DNA of 63,701 nt, the filler included, from Dugesia japonica (lineage: Eukaryota): assembly GCA_001938525.1 (NCBI GenBank). It is 5 parts of 5 records of this genome, joined end to end, with 100 filler letters (N's around TTAATTAATTAA, not from the genome) between each part and the next. Parts side by side here need not be neighbours in the genome. Positions count along the whole stretch, not along the records: positions 1 to 12,749 come from MQRL01644942.1; positions 12,850 to 28,291 come from MQRL01582560.1; 3 more parts are not named here. The stretch is one strand, 5' to 3'. Below the pieces are notes generated by a model. That model was not told the origin of the DNA. It worked only from the letters and a program-made list of their open reading frames with translations, and ran no database searches. A program made the position numbers and the translations under genes. Shown one piece after another: positions 1 through 13,284 of the stretch (position 1 is its first letter; each line of letters begins with the position of its first letter).

Positions 1-476
1 TATTTTTAGAGCAGCACCTGACATCGGTGTCTTTGTTTTATTTTTATTTCCTGGCTGCTCATTGGCTGGATTTTTGAATACTTACCATACCCCTCTGTAA
101 GGTGGTACGTTCTTTCTTTTTTGGATTCTAGTTGCACCAGCTTATTTTCTTTTCAATTTTCCTTTTTCTGACGCCCTGAGCCGGATTTATAGGTAAAAAA
201 CATATTTTTATCTAATTTTGTTTATTTTTGTTTGAAAATTAATTAATTTTTTTTGCATTAATTAATTATTTTCTATATTATTTTTTCTTGTTAATTCTTT
301 TCATTTATTAAATTTTCTTAATTGCTAATCGTAACCGTTTCCATGTTTTCATAACCTTTTTTGGGATTTGATTTCATTTCTTATTATGGTTGCCTCTAGG
401 CTTTAGTTTCCATCATGGTTGCTTCAAAAGTTCAATAAGGATTTATTTTCCGCCTTAGTGGGTGTTTTACCCCAAC

Positions 477-486
477 ATTATTATTA

Positions 487-532
<46 letters not shown>

Positions 533-582
533 NNNNNNNNNNNNNNNNNNNNNNNNNNNNNNNNNNNNNNNNNNNNNNNNNN

Positions 583-647
<65 letters not shown>
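477..647. repeat. (ATT)n microsatellite
   Basis: Direct, with an N gap. Confidence 0.98.
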
Positions 648-3600
648 GATATCGTTGTTAATTTAGCCCAAATATTCCATGGGCATATAATTATTCTAAC
701 AGTTAAAATCCTAAAAGTAATTAGTAATATAATTGTAGGAAGACGTCTAGATAATTATCATGATCTTTAAATTAATGGATCACGACAATTGTGATAATAA
801 TATTATGTGAATAAACAAAATAACAAATAGTCACAAATATATATAATAAAATAAGTAATTAAGTCTGTAATTAATTAATATGTCTCAGTATAGTTGCGCA
901 GGAGCAATATCTGAAAACAAAAATCTCGAAAAAAATCAAATTTTATATGTTTAATTTGACATATATTTCATTTTTTGGATTTTTTAAATTAAAATATTTT
1001 ACTATTAACGTTATTATTTTTTTTTAATTGACATTAGTTTGACAATGGTTTTGGATTTTCAAAATATATATATATACTGTGGCCTGACTATCAATAATCT
1101 AATTGAAGATACTTAATATTTTAATTATTTTCATTTTCGTATATAATGATTTTAATTTTAAAATATAAATCGATATTTCTAAAATAATCTACAAAGTACA
1201 TCGATAAAAAACTGTACCCTTATCTTCGATCTTCCATCCGCTTCCTTAAACGTTTCTAAAATGTGCAAAAATCATATTTCGGATTAGACTAAATAGTGTT
1301 GATGCAGATAAAATTATTTTTACAGGTAAGATTTTAATACAAGTCCGACACTTCGTTAATATAACTAGACTCGATCTCCTCCAGGTCAGAAACAGGCGTG
1401 GATTACTGAAGAAGCACTACAATAATGTCGTCATTGAATCCTCACTGAAACTCTAANNNNNNNNNNNNNNNNNNNNNNNNNNNNNNNNNNNNNNNNNNNN
1501 NNNNNNNNNNNNNNTTGCATTTTGCTCCTAGTTGAACAGTTAAATTTCTTAGGCATCATCGTTGTGGTTGGCAAAATTTGTCCATTTACTTATAAGAAAA
1601 AATCAATATAGTTGGGAAAAAATGCCCTAATGATGATTTGGAATACTTCAACAACAATATCTCTAGAAACAAAAATTAGAAAGTAAGAAATAGGCTTCCA
1701 TATTAAATTTGGCACTCTGGTCATTGGCTTACTTGATAAAACCCAAATACTATTAAACAAAATACTTTAAATTTTTGGTGTGAAAAATTTTAGGAATTTA
1801 ATAAAAGTGTCGGCCATCTCAAACATCGAATCTTCAGCAAAAATATGGCACCAACAAAATTACAATAAACACAGTTTTTACAAATCCAAATAAGAAATCA
1901 ATAAGAAATAGAAATTGGTAAGACGGATAAAAAATCACTATTCTCAAACTCGTCACAAAGTATACCACAGAGCAAAAGCACCAAACAAAGGAAAAAGAAT
2001 CTAAGTGTGAACTAAGATTAAGAATAAAACCAAACGAATGAATGNCAAAACTGAAGCTCAATCCCACAGTTAATGTGAATGGATACCAAATAAAAACATT
2101 CTTTTTCTTTATTTATAAATTTTGCCCCAGCAGGCAAAGAGGGAAAGAAATTTTATTAAATATTTCATCAACCATTTTACGCTGATCAAAAATAAAACAA
2201 TTAAAAATCGCCAAAATTTATCCGTAATGAATTAAATTGTAAAAGCAAGTATTAATTCTTGGTTGCTCTTCCAGATAATTAGCTGTTACCACGGATAATA
2301 TCAAAATTAGAAACTCCCAAGCAATTTTAATATTAAATATTAGTTGCTCCCCGATGAACAATAATATTAGAAACTTTCCAGAGGAAAAATAAAATTCAAA
2401 TACTTAAAATTGTATATGAATATTAAAACTGTAATCAATTAATTGTAATTATTTAGTTAATCATTAAGTAAACAATATCATTAAATCAATAAATTAAACC
2501 AATGTATTGGTTTCCTCAGAAACAATATTATTAATAGTATCCTCATTGATGAGTGATGGTATCCTCTCAGTTGATAATTATTGGTTTCCTATCGAATGAT
2601 TATTGGTACTACAAAAGCATAAATTTTCTCTCAGATGATTATTATTGATTTCCTCTCAGATTATATTTATTGGTTTCTTCTCGGACTTTAGAATTCTTAC
2701 TGGTTGATTAATTTTAAAACTTAATAAATTTTCAATAATAATTTAAATTAATTTTGTACAATAATGTCACATGTTACAATTTCAATGTGGAATATTTTAA
2801 TTTTTTATATGTATAGATGTAATTTTGAATTTGAAAATTTTAATTATTTGTAGAAATCAATTATGTTAAATTTTTAAAATTGTAATTATTATTTTAACTG
2901 TTATAATTTTTATTTCCAATCTTACAATTAATTATTGAATTAAGTAAATTAAATGAATTAAGTAAGTTCAGCGATGAGATTGTATATGGTTTCATAATTT
3001 TATTTTGATTGTGTACTGTATTTTACTTATTAAGTGTATTATGCCTATCAACTGCATTTGGTTTCTGAAGTGTTATTGACTTATTAAATGTGTTTAGTTT
3101 ATTAAGCCTATTTATTTCATTGTTTATTAGAATAACTTGGCTTACTAGATGTATTAAGCTTATTGATTTTATTTGGTTTTTTAAGTTGATTTCGTGTATT
3201 GGGTTATATTTTAATGAAATTATTGACATAACGTATTCAAATTACTGTTTATGTGTATTGCCATTTTAAATTTATTGAAACTGACATAGTTTAATAAACT
3301 TTGTAAGATTAATAAATTTTTTAAAATTTATTAATTTATGTAAATGACTTAAAATAATTTACAACTATTTATTGAAATTAACGTGTATAAAAAGAATAAG
3401 TGATTTAAGTAAGTGAATTTATGAATGTATATTGATTAGATAAAGCGTATTTGATGAAATAATTTGATTATGTTGAGGTCTGTTGAGTATACATAACATA
3501 ATACATAGCATATAATAAATAGCAGTCAGCATTCGGATCAATTCAAGTCAATCCTGTTCAAGAGCAACAATCGATAGTTTTTTTCTGATCATGAATCAAT

Positions 3601-5849
3601 AACATTTATTTTGTTTGTGATCATCACTTATTTTATAACATTGTTGATCAGTAACATTTAGTTTATTTTATTTTTTTATAGTTTATGTTATTTTTATTTA
3701 TTATCATTGTTATTTTCATTGTGCGTCGGATCAGCAATATTTATTTTAGTATCATGGTTATTCATTTCGTGTATTCAGTTTTCTATTATTNNNNNNNNNN
3801 NNNNNNNNNNNNNNAAGTATTAAATTAATGAAATTTAATACAAATAAATATCCGGTATATTTTAAATGCGATTAATGCATAATGATTTTAATAATTTATC
3901 CGTGGTTTTAACTTTAATAATTTATCCGTGATTTTAATAATTTATTTGAATAATTTAATACATAATAATTTAATTTTGTAAATATCTGATGTTAATTTGA
4001 AAATTTTTTGAATGTACATGTGTGTGTATATCCTGTAAAATCAGTATAAATACTGATTATTCTATTGACGAAACTAGACTTTTTTAATTGAGAAAACCTC
4101 TCTCTTTGAGTGGCTTTTCTTTTTTAAATAAACTCTAGCACTTAAGTGTAGTGTTATATATTCACAATAAAAATCTTCAACAAAAGGTGTTTATTTATTT
4201 TATTTATATAGGAGATACTACAATATATAACGTATTTATACTTTGATAATATATCTCATATATAATACCGTATTTACATACAAGAAATCAAACACTCGAT
4301 AAACTCAGTTGCAAATATTATTTAAAACGAACCATAAAAACTTTTGTTGAGTTAAATACCTAACAATTAAATGATTTGATTGGTTTATGTGTATGACAGA
4401 AATAAGCGTATTGAACAAGTTTATCGAGTGAGGGTATTAAATACATTCAGTGACTGCATTGATTTGAGTGAATTATATTATAAGAAAATCAAATTATTCT
4501 ATGGATTAACCTAAAACTTAAAAACATGTGAATTATAGAATTTTCTCCACATTTGACTTAGAGTATATTTAGTAAACATGCAAATTAAATGATTTTATTA
4601 TTGTTTTTAATTATTATTATAATAAACAATATCTATTTTATCGAATAATAATATTTAGAGGGATGATTAGTTAAAGGTAGTATGATTAAATTACATTCAA
4701 TAGATTTTAATAATTTAATTTGGTGGTTGGTGAAAATTTATTGAAACTTAAAGAAACTTATGGACATTTAAGGAAATTTAATAAAATTTAAGGAAATATT
4801 AATGCTAGCTATTTTCTGAGGAATACTTTAAATTTGTAAAGTTCTCAATGACGGCTAACGCAGAATTTAAACAAAATTTACTAACAATTTTAATAAATTT
4901 CATTAATAATTTAATCAGATTAATTTTAAATAGAATTATGCTTATTCAGCTTATTGACTGTACATGTTACAAGTAGGTGATTAAAGCGCTTTATATGGAT
5001 ATAATTTTACCTATGTATACCTATTGGATGCATTGAAAGTCAATGTTTTGTTTATTGTATTAAGCGAATTAATTAAGTATTTTGATTGAATTAAGTATAC
5101 AGAGTGAATTGAGTGTATTGTTTTCTTTAATTAGGTAGGTAAATTTAATGAATAAATCGAGTATGATTTATACGAGGACTAAATTGAGTCAACATTGAAT
5201 GCATTTTAATGAATGATTTAAATGTATTTAATAAATATGATAGTAGATTAAGCGAACAATTGATGGTTTTAATGAATTATTTGGAAAGAATAGTCAAATA
5301 GGTGGATTAATTACTTGTTTTATTTCATATCGGCTTACGTTTTGGTTTCAATGAGTAGGAGTTTAGTGATTATAGCATAAAATTTAGTTTTGAATGTTTC
5401 AATTTTAGTGTATTGTATTTATTTTACATATAACTTTCAATTTTTATGATAAACTATGATTTTTTTGTTTGATTGATGTAATGTATTGATTTGAAATTTT
5501 AATGTTTGATTATAACTTTCACAGGATTGATTATAACTTTAAGGTTGAGTATGTATGAATCTTTGAGGGTATTGAATGAAGTTGTAATATTTTGAGGGAT
5601 TGTATAACTTAGTTATTGAACATATTTTAGTAAGTGAGTGATCAATTAGTAAATAAAGTAAGATTTAATTAATCTATACTGTTAAATGGTGAATGGGTTT
5701 AGTTAAATTAAATATAGATTAAGCAAGTGTAGGTTGTATTAATTTGTTGGAAAGGGTAATTGAACAGGTTTAAGCTGATTAAGTGGATGATTGTTGAGTA
5801 AATAGATTATGTTAAGTAAACAGAATATGCTTGTGAAATATTCTTTATA

Positions 5850-7111
5850 CTACCATGATCAAAAAATACCCGGTCAACTCAATTTAAAATGAAACAAACT
5901 ATTTATTCAACACAATTTTAATTGTCAACTTTGAAGTAGTATCCATTAACCTCAATGCACCTATGCCAGCGTGTAATCAAATTTTCAAATGTCTTCTGGA
6001 ACTCCTTCTTTGGTATACCCAGTGGTATCAAAACGTTTTGCTCGAAGTGGTTTTTTAGCCTATTAAATAGGAGGAAGTTGCAAACAGTCATATCTGGTGA
6101 ATACAAAGCTTGTTGGATGGTATTTGTATTGAATTTTTTCAAAAAATCTCATATAACTATTGCCTTGTCATGATGTAAAATCCAGGAATGGTTTCTACCC
6201 AAATCATTTCTTTTCAAACGAACAGATTCACGAAATCGTCTCATAATACCTAGATAATACTACATGTTGACTGTTTGACCTTCCGGAATAAATAATAACT
6301 CCATTGTAATTGATAAAAACGGTCAGCATGACCTTCCTTTTTGACTGAAAATGACGTGGTCTTTTTGGTTTTGGCTCTTCCAAAGACTGCCATTGACTTG
6401 ATTGATAATTTGTTTGAGTTTCATACTCAAACACCCACGTTTCATCACCAGAAATTATACGTTTTATAAATGTTTCATCAGAATCAATGTTAGAAAGCAT
6501 GTCCTTTGAAATTTCAACACGATTAAATTTTTGAAATATGTTCAATTCACATGAAACAAGTCTTGCAGTAACATGTTTCAATCCCAAATCCTCATGCAAA
6601 ATGGTTTGAACTGTTCCAAATGATACTTCTGGATCTTCAACAATCTCTCTGATAATCAATTTCCTATTTTCCATTAACAATGACTTTATTTCTTTGAAAT
6701 TTTTGTCGTTCTTTGAGGTTGATGGTCTTCCAGATCTAGGATCATCTGTGACTGTCTTAAGACTATCTAAAAATCGCACATACCATTCATTAGTTGTTGC
6801 TTTTGATAAAGCATTGTTGCCATAGCACTTCTGTAGCATTTTCAAGGTATCGGGACGTTTAACTTCGTTTCTGAAGCAGAATTTAATACAAATTCTTTGT
6901 CCAATTATATCATCCATCCTACACATAGAAAATAAGATTAAAATTAATTTACATAAACTACTGTAACCTTTTCAAATTACGATCTGTGCAGCTGAAATTT
7001 GGTGATGTATTAAAACAAATATGTAGCAACTATAAAAAATAAGAATTACATCTATAGTATTTGTGTGTGAATTTTAAATTGGGTTGACCGGGTATTTTTT
7101 GATCATGGTAG
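5850..7111 (-). mobile_element. Near full-length mariner (DD34D) DNA transposon with an inactivated transposase
   Basis: TIRs of about 40 bp: CTACCATGATCAAAAAATACCCGGTCAAC(T/C)CAATTTAAAAT at 5850 and its reverse complement ending at 7111. TA flanks both sides and the length is about 1.26 kb. Confidence 0.95.
5918..6917 (-). pseudogene. Mariner transposase with frameshifts and a deletion
   Basis: Motifs QRICIKFC, DPRSGRPSTS, ISGDETWV, KVMLTVF, WILHHD and YSPDMTVCNF (third catalytic D changed to N). Split over ORFs 6228-6926 and 5918-6142. Confidence 0.93.
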
Positions 7112-8788
7112 TATATCTAGCAACTTTTGGTTGCTGTCTTCTTCTGTTCTATCTCTTGTAGAGCTTTGTAAAAATTGTTTTACTGCATATCATATTAAAA
7201 TCAATAATTCTCAACTTATTATAATTTAAAATTTCTATTTTCTTTTTATCATGGTTTATTAAATTATTTTACTTTAAATATCAAAAAAGTAAACAATATT
7301 AATTACTTTAATTAATTAATGAAAACTATTTCAAGAAAAATGTTAATTACAAAATATGGATTAATTAAAATATAAGTAGTTTTTTTATTTTGAATTGGAT
7401 GGTACCATAGGATCATTTTTTGTCAAGAAAATTAAAACTATTAATACAAGTGTTCCAGTGCGCCACACCCTTCTTCAAAAAGATCGAAACATTTTCTGAT
7501 GATTTACTTTTAGACCATGTATACAGTTTTTAATTTTGAGTTGAACAGTAACCAAATCCGAAGGAATACGATAAAATTTGACGAATAATAATTTTAAATT
7601 AAAAGTCGAAATTCGAACTTTCCGAAACCAATTTTCGACTAATAAAATTTAAAGTCGAAAACATTTTCTACTAAAAAGTGTCGACCAATCAAAATCCCAA
7701 GAAAACTAAAACCGCCAAAATTTCTAAAACACGGTTGGCGGAACGGATGTTTCAATTTACCACTATTTTTTTACTTTGGTATATGGAATATAGGAAATAT
7801 TTACATTCAATATAATTTAATAGTAACAAACTAGAAAAAATTTTATATATGAGTAAGCTCTCAAAAATTATGGGAAAACTTTATAATTTATGCAGGTAAA
7901 GATGAGAAATATTGGAACTCTAGAAAAGAAATAAAGAAAATAAAAAGAATTAAGCTGACAGATTATCAATTACGTTCCGATCTGATGACAACAACGGCAT
8001 CCAATGGGTCAATGCATGGTTGCTAGGATCTAAGTGCTAAGTTTTGTTATTTAATAAAACGTATTATATCATATCAAAATGCAAATATCAAAATGTTCAT
8101 TACATCTAATGATTCAAATATTATTTATGTTATATTATATGTTAAATATGCTAATATGTTATCATATTAAAACCTTTTTGTTGTAGCTATAAAAAATAAA
8201 TAAAAAAATTTATTTTATGTTCTTTTGTTTATTATTTATTTTATTTAATTAAAGTAATTAATAATTTTGAAGGAGTTTCATACTTTCAAAGCCAATAAAA
8301 AGTAATATGATACTTTAATGGATTTCATAATTCTTTAATGTTTTCAGAAAGAAATGATTTCTTTAATCAAATCTCTACTTTAACCTTAAAATAAGTAATT
8401 AAAGCTGGCCCCAATTAGAGAGAAATTTTAATATAAAACAATTCAAGATTGCTTGCCTCAATGAAATANATTGAAAATAAAACATGTAAAATAATAGCGG
8501 CATTAAGGAAAAAAAAATAACACAAAATGTCAGCCGATGTCAAACACGCACATCTGAAAATATCGTCGAAAAATTTTTCTACTATAAATTATGATGCTGC
8601 AGCTCATGTTTCATTTTTGAAATAATTTTATTTTAATTTAAAATATATTTATGCATTTTCAGTTTATGGAAGAAGTTTTAAATTAATGATATATCAACTG
8701 GTAAGTATAATTTGATTAAATTGAATTTTGTAGAGTAGGATGAATTTTAGAGAAATAAAATTATAAATAAATAATAAACGTAAATAGA

Positions 8789-8852
<64 letters not shown>

Positions 8853-8879
8853 TTACTAATAATGAAAATAATAATAATA
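8789..8879. repeat. (AAT)n microsatellite
   Basis: Direct. Confidence 0.97.
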
Positions 8880-9420
8880 GAATTTTTCATTTCCTATATT
8901 CCCAATATTAAAAAAAACAAATTTATTATTATTAAGGTAATAACTGATAATTCTACTATAATTTTTCATTAATTGATTATATCCCTTGAGATTTGATAAA
9001 GAATTAGCGGGAAATGTCTATTTATTTATTTATCTGTTAACACTTCTTTAATATATTGGCAAATAGGTTAAAAATTTCCCAAACGATAATGAAAATCGAC
9101 TGAAATTAATTTTATGAGATAGTTTATTTCAACTATGTGCTAAATCTAAGATATAATTAGAGCAATAAATTGAGAATATCTGTAAAGAATTGTTTTACCA
9201 AACAATGGACCTCTTAACATTGGAGTATTAATGCGATTAACTTCAATACGTAATGTAAGATCAGTATTTTGATAAATATAACTTGTTAATTGATTTCATT
9301 TATTAGTAGAAACAACTATTGTAAGTGGTTAGAAAAAATCAGAAATTAAATGATGTAATAGATTAATTTGCTTAAGCATATCTATATCTCGTCAATATAA
9401 TGATATAAGTTAATAAAAAG

Positions 9421-9580
9421 TACATTGAAACTCCGTTTTTTACGTTATTGAAGGAACTAATAAGCAAACGTAATTAGAAGGAAATCTAAATTCAAAGTTA
9501 GAAAACGGTATTGTAAAAATTGAACGCAAATAGCGAGAACGCTTGAATTCCTGGAACATATCTACTGAATTTCATTGTAT
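9421..9580. mobile_element. Short MITE, possibly pogo/Tigger-like
   Basis: Degenerate inverted ends tacattgaaactc ... gaatttcattgta with TA termini. Confidence 0.4.
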
Positions 9581-10654
9581 TTATATTGAATAATAATCTC
9601 AATAGTAATAATCGATAAACAAACCGCCTAGTCATAGATTTCAAATCTATTTAAGTTAGAAATTTTTTAATGATATTTTATGTTATCATTTAATTATTAA
9701 ACTTTAACTTAAACTTTTTCTTAGGCAATATATTCTAATTATTATAATTCTGTTTATCGATTAGAAATTTAAAATACTAATCTTAACACTTTAAAATTAT
9801 CTCTACGGTCATCATTATTTTCGTTTCAATTTATCTAATAACAGGAAAACTCAAGATTATCCCACACTTGTTTATTCTATATATGGTTAATCTGATATGA
9901 AAATAAAATTATTTCGCAGCAAAAATTAACAAATTAGCAGTTTAAAAAAATTAGACATTCTAATGAGGAAATATATTTGATTTTATATTTAACGCTTTCA
10001 AAACCGTAAAATTGTGTGAATTTTTTAAAAGTGATTTCACAAATGAGTAACAGACCAAAGCTATATTTCCGCCGCCTAAGTGTTACAAAATTTAAATAAA
10101 CCAGAAAACGTAATATCCGAAATATCAAGATCCTCATTTTCTTCAATTATTTCACTGTCACTGCTACTTATGTTATCACCATTATTATTACTATCATTAT
10201 CTTCATGAAGTTGCAAAATCTTAATAACCTTTTGAAACTCAGAGTTTTACAAACTATTAATGATTTCAAACAACTTGACTCTATTCAACGCTTTGCTGCA
10301 AATAATATTGACTGCATTTTTATTGCAATACAAGTCTGTACACAATCATATGCACATAATAACCAATTGTTTGATTACTAATACCACAAATAATAATCGC
10401 TGTTATAATAATAACATTAGTCTACATTATAATAAAATACTCAAATAGATGATGTTTTCCAAGTGCAACAAATATTTCTACAGTTTGATAATGGTTGTTT
10501 TCCTCGNTTATTTGGTGCTGGATAATTCCGGATATACATCGTTGGATTGAAAGGGTTAATTTAATCCTGGTTTATCAGACACTCTACAATCCATATTATA
10601 TTGAATGAAATGCATAATCGTAATTAGTACTTAAATAAACAAAAAAAATAATTT

Positions 10655-10935
10655 TATAATTACAATTATTGTGAGAATAATTGTTGGACTTAACCATTGA
10701 TTGCATTTGAGATGTCATTAAAATAAGGAAAAGCTTCGATCAAAATAAAATTTATTTGTTAAAAAGTTCAAATTTTCGACAATAGTCTTCTTCAGGAACA
10801 TGTTGGGTTCTTGATATATTCAATACAATATAGATCTTTGTTACTCAATTCTTTAGATTTTATCGAAATTTTATTGGTTTATTTTTTTAATTTTAATTTT
10901 AATGATTTTAATTATTATTTTTAAAACAACTCAAA
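10655..10935 (-). repeat. Short dispersed repeat family carrying a hammerhead ribozyme (Penelope pLTR or retrozyme-like), copy 1
   Basis: Begins taattacaattattgtgagaataattgttggac. Closely similar to 13285-13565, with partial copies at 20890-20960 and inverted at 38047-38108. Confidence 0.8.
10766..10799 (-). ncRNA. Minimal type I hammerhead ribozyme motif with intact core
   Basis: Minus strand reads GUUC-CUGAAGA-A-GAC-UAUU-GUC-GAA-AAUU-U-GAAC. Stem I is GUUC/GAAC, the core is CUGAnGA...GAAA, stem II is GAC/GUC, and the palindromic AAUU would form stem III (dimer type). Confidence 0.7.
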
Positions 10936-10968
10936 AATTTTTTTAAAATTTTGGTTCCTTGTCTTCGT

Positions 10969-11005
10969 CAATTCCTGTTGAAGACAAGGTCGAAATATCG
11001 AATTG
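10969..11005 (+). ncRNA. Hammerhead ribozyme motif with a core mutation (CUGUUGA)
   Basis: Reads CAAUUC-CUGUUGA-A-GAC-AAG-GUC-GAA-AUAU-C-GAAUUG. Perfect 6-bp stem I, stem II, palindromic AUAU and an AUC cleavage triplet. Confidence 0.65.
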
Positions 11006-12793
11006 TTATCCAATATCAATTAAAAAAAAACCAAAATTTTGATCAAAGATTTTTTTTATGAATTAAATAAAATTGATTAATATAATAAATTTACTAAAAT
11101 AAAATAATTAAATAACAGAGAAATATAAAATTTTTAATTGAAATTACTTTGAAAAATTAAAAGTACGCCGAAAATTTTGTTTCTAACTATGGCAAATTTT
11201 ATAAAAGAAAATGCCATAGAACTATTTTGACAAGAACCACACAATAATCTTTAATACAAATTAGAAAATATTTTTCCGATTCTGTGTGAATTTTCGAAAA
11301 ATAGTCGACATCATTTCATATTTTGTTTTTGTATTTTCTGAAAGGATACCCATCAAACACAGTGTTTACAAATTTTAAGTTTACATTGATTTAATTTCAT
11401 AACCGCCTTTTTATATGATTTATATTTCAATTATTAAATAAGCGCTTCATTTTTGGAATTAGATAAAGTAAACAAAATTGTTTTATTAAATATGCAAAAG
11501 ACCAATATACAACATTAATTATGAATCTGATCTACTGACAAGTTATANNNNNNNNNNNNNNNNNNNNNNNNNNNNNNNNTGCCGACAGTTAATTAATTTT
11601 TGCACTAAATTTTTCAGTAGGATTTCTATTTTAATTATATTTATTTGAAACTTTGAAAGCAAAATAAACAGCTCTCGACTAAATCGTGAATTATTTTTAA
11701 AATTAAATTTCTTATTAATAAATGTCTATGATTATTAAATGCATATATATGTGTGTGTGTGCACACAATGAAAAATAAATACAGTCAAACGTCGATATTA
11801 AGCAACATAAAAATTTAAATAATAATTTCCTTTGATTTATCACTCCATACAAGAACACATTTAATTCATTATTAAAATTAATTCATAAACTCATTTGTAA
11901 GTATTAAAACTAATGACAAGATTAATTACTAGATATGACTTATCTAATAAATCAATATAAAATAACTGTTTTCTTAAGGTGCGGTCGATAAACGTGACGT
12001 CACATTGAAAATCGAAATGATGCCCAACTTTAAAATTTAGATATGTACCATATAATATCGCACATTTGTGATCTTTTATCCAACTCAATCGTTCTTCTAA
12101 ATATATTTCATGCATATATTTCAGCGAATCCATTTTGAGAATCATTCAATAGGCATTCTGGAAGGTTTGAGAATAATTTAAAAATTTTTTAGAGAGTGAT
12201 AATCTACAGACAACTCTTTCGATATGATTAACTTTTTCAGACCTGATTTTTAATCTTTGGACCAAAAAGATTTATTTTTAGAATTCTGTTAAAGGCGGTA
12301 AAACAAATGAAAAAAACGATGAGAATATAATGCGAGCAGATAAATAAAAAATGTGTGCATAACAATGTGTCAAAGGTACAAGTGATAATAAAACCAAAAA
12401 TAATCTTCACAACTAACGTTCAAATTATTGAACATTGCAATGTGCTTTGGGTCTGAATGTGTGAATAAAAGTGTTTGTAGTTTTGAATTAGGTTTTTATT
12501 TTTACAAATAAGATTTGTAATTTCATAGAACTTGATTTTTATATTTAAAAATTTTTATAAAATTTTAATTCTTAATTTAGCCATATAATTGCTTAAATCT
12601 TTCTTTCAATAATATAGGTTTAACAATTTCATATTTTTAATTTGATTGATTCATATAACAATAAAGTTTTATTTTAAACTGCACTATTTAATATAATATA
12701 ATATATTCTATTATATTATGTTATATTATATATTATATTATATTATATTNNNNNNNNNNNNNNNNNNNNNNNNNNNNNNNNNNNNNNNNNNNN

Positions 12794-12805
12794 TTAATTA
12801 ATTAA
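12794..12805. other. Artificial contig-joining spacer TTAATTAATTAA (also at 28336, 37991, 53269)
   Basis: Identical 12-mer with stops in all six frames, embedded in N runs four times. Confidence 0.95.
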
Positions 12806-13284
12806 NNNNNNNNNNNNNNNNNNNNNNNNNNNNNNNNNNNNNNNNNNNNATCCTATTACGTAAAATTTCACCGATGAAATTAATTTCATGACATAATTTG
12901 TGTGCAAATAATTTTTCCTAACTAAATACACAGGAAAAAAGTAGCCTCTCTTACGTAATAATCTCGCTACAAGATTAATTACATTATGAAATGCACACAA
13001 ATGCGTGCCACCGCCTATTTACATTAGAAAAATACAACCTCAGTTATGTAATAATCCGATTACGTATAGGGGTGGGGGGGTACTGCATGTGTGCAGAGGT
13101 TCTCCGCTACTATCCATCTACTTTCTATTAATATTTTATTTTTATTGCATTTGAATTTTATATTTTGGTTGTCAGAAATTCAACAATAATCTAGAATTAG
13201 ACTCTAATTGTAAAATGGAAACCTTAATCTTTTTTATATAGGCTGTTGTATATAAATTATTCAGTAGATAAATATAAAGTTTTA

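Noticed and set aside
419-770. Poly-Y/I/N/L ORFs (also 57916-58137 and 60400-60768)
   Set aside because: They are translations of (AAT)n microsatellites and N gaps.
1330-2100. Retroelement RT-like scraps (LNFLGII, ISLETKIR)
   Set aside because: The motifs are too short and interrupted by N to assign.
8527-8706. Short ORF and a 38-nt AG/GTAAGT-bounded micro-exon
   Set aside because: No recognisable product, and such signals arise by chance in AT-rich DNA.
11891-12145. 84-aa ORF sharing INLVISF with a peptide at about 42820
   Set aside because: A short low-complexity match only, with no family recognised.
12150-12480. piggyBac-like Cys-rich C-terminal remnant
   Set aside because: Too decayed, with no termini or catalytic motifs I can confirm.
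12794-12805. Repeated TTAATTAATTAA palindromes between N runs as a biological repeat or CRISPR-like unit
   Set aside because: It is an identical six-frame-stop linker inside N padding, so an assembly artefact.
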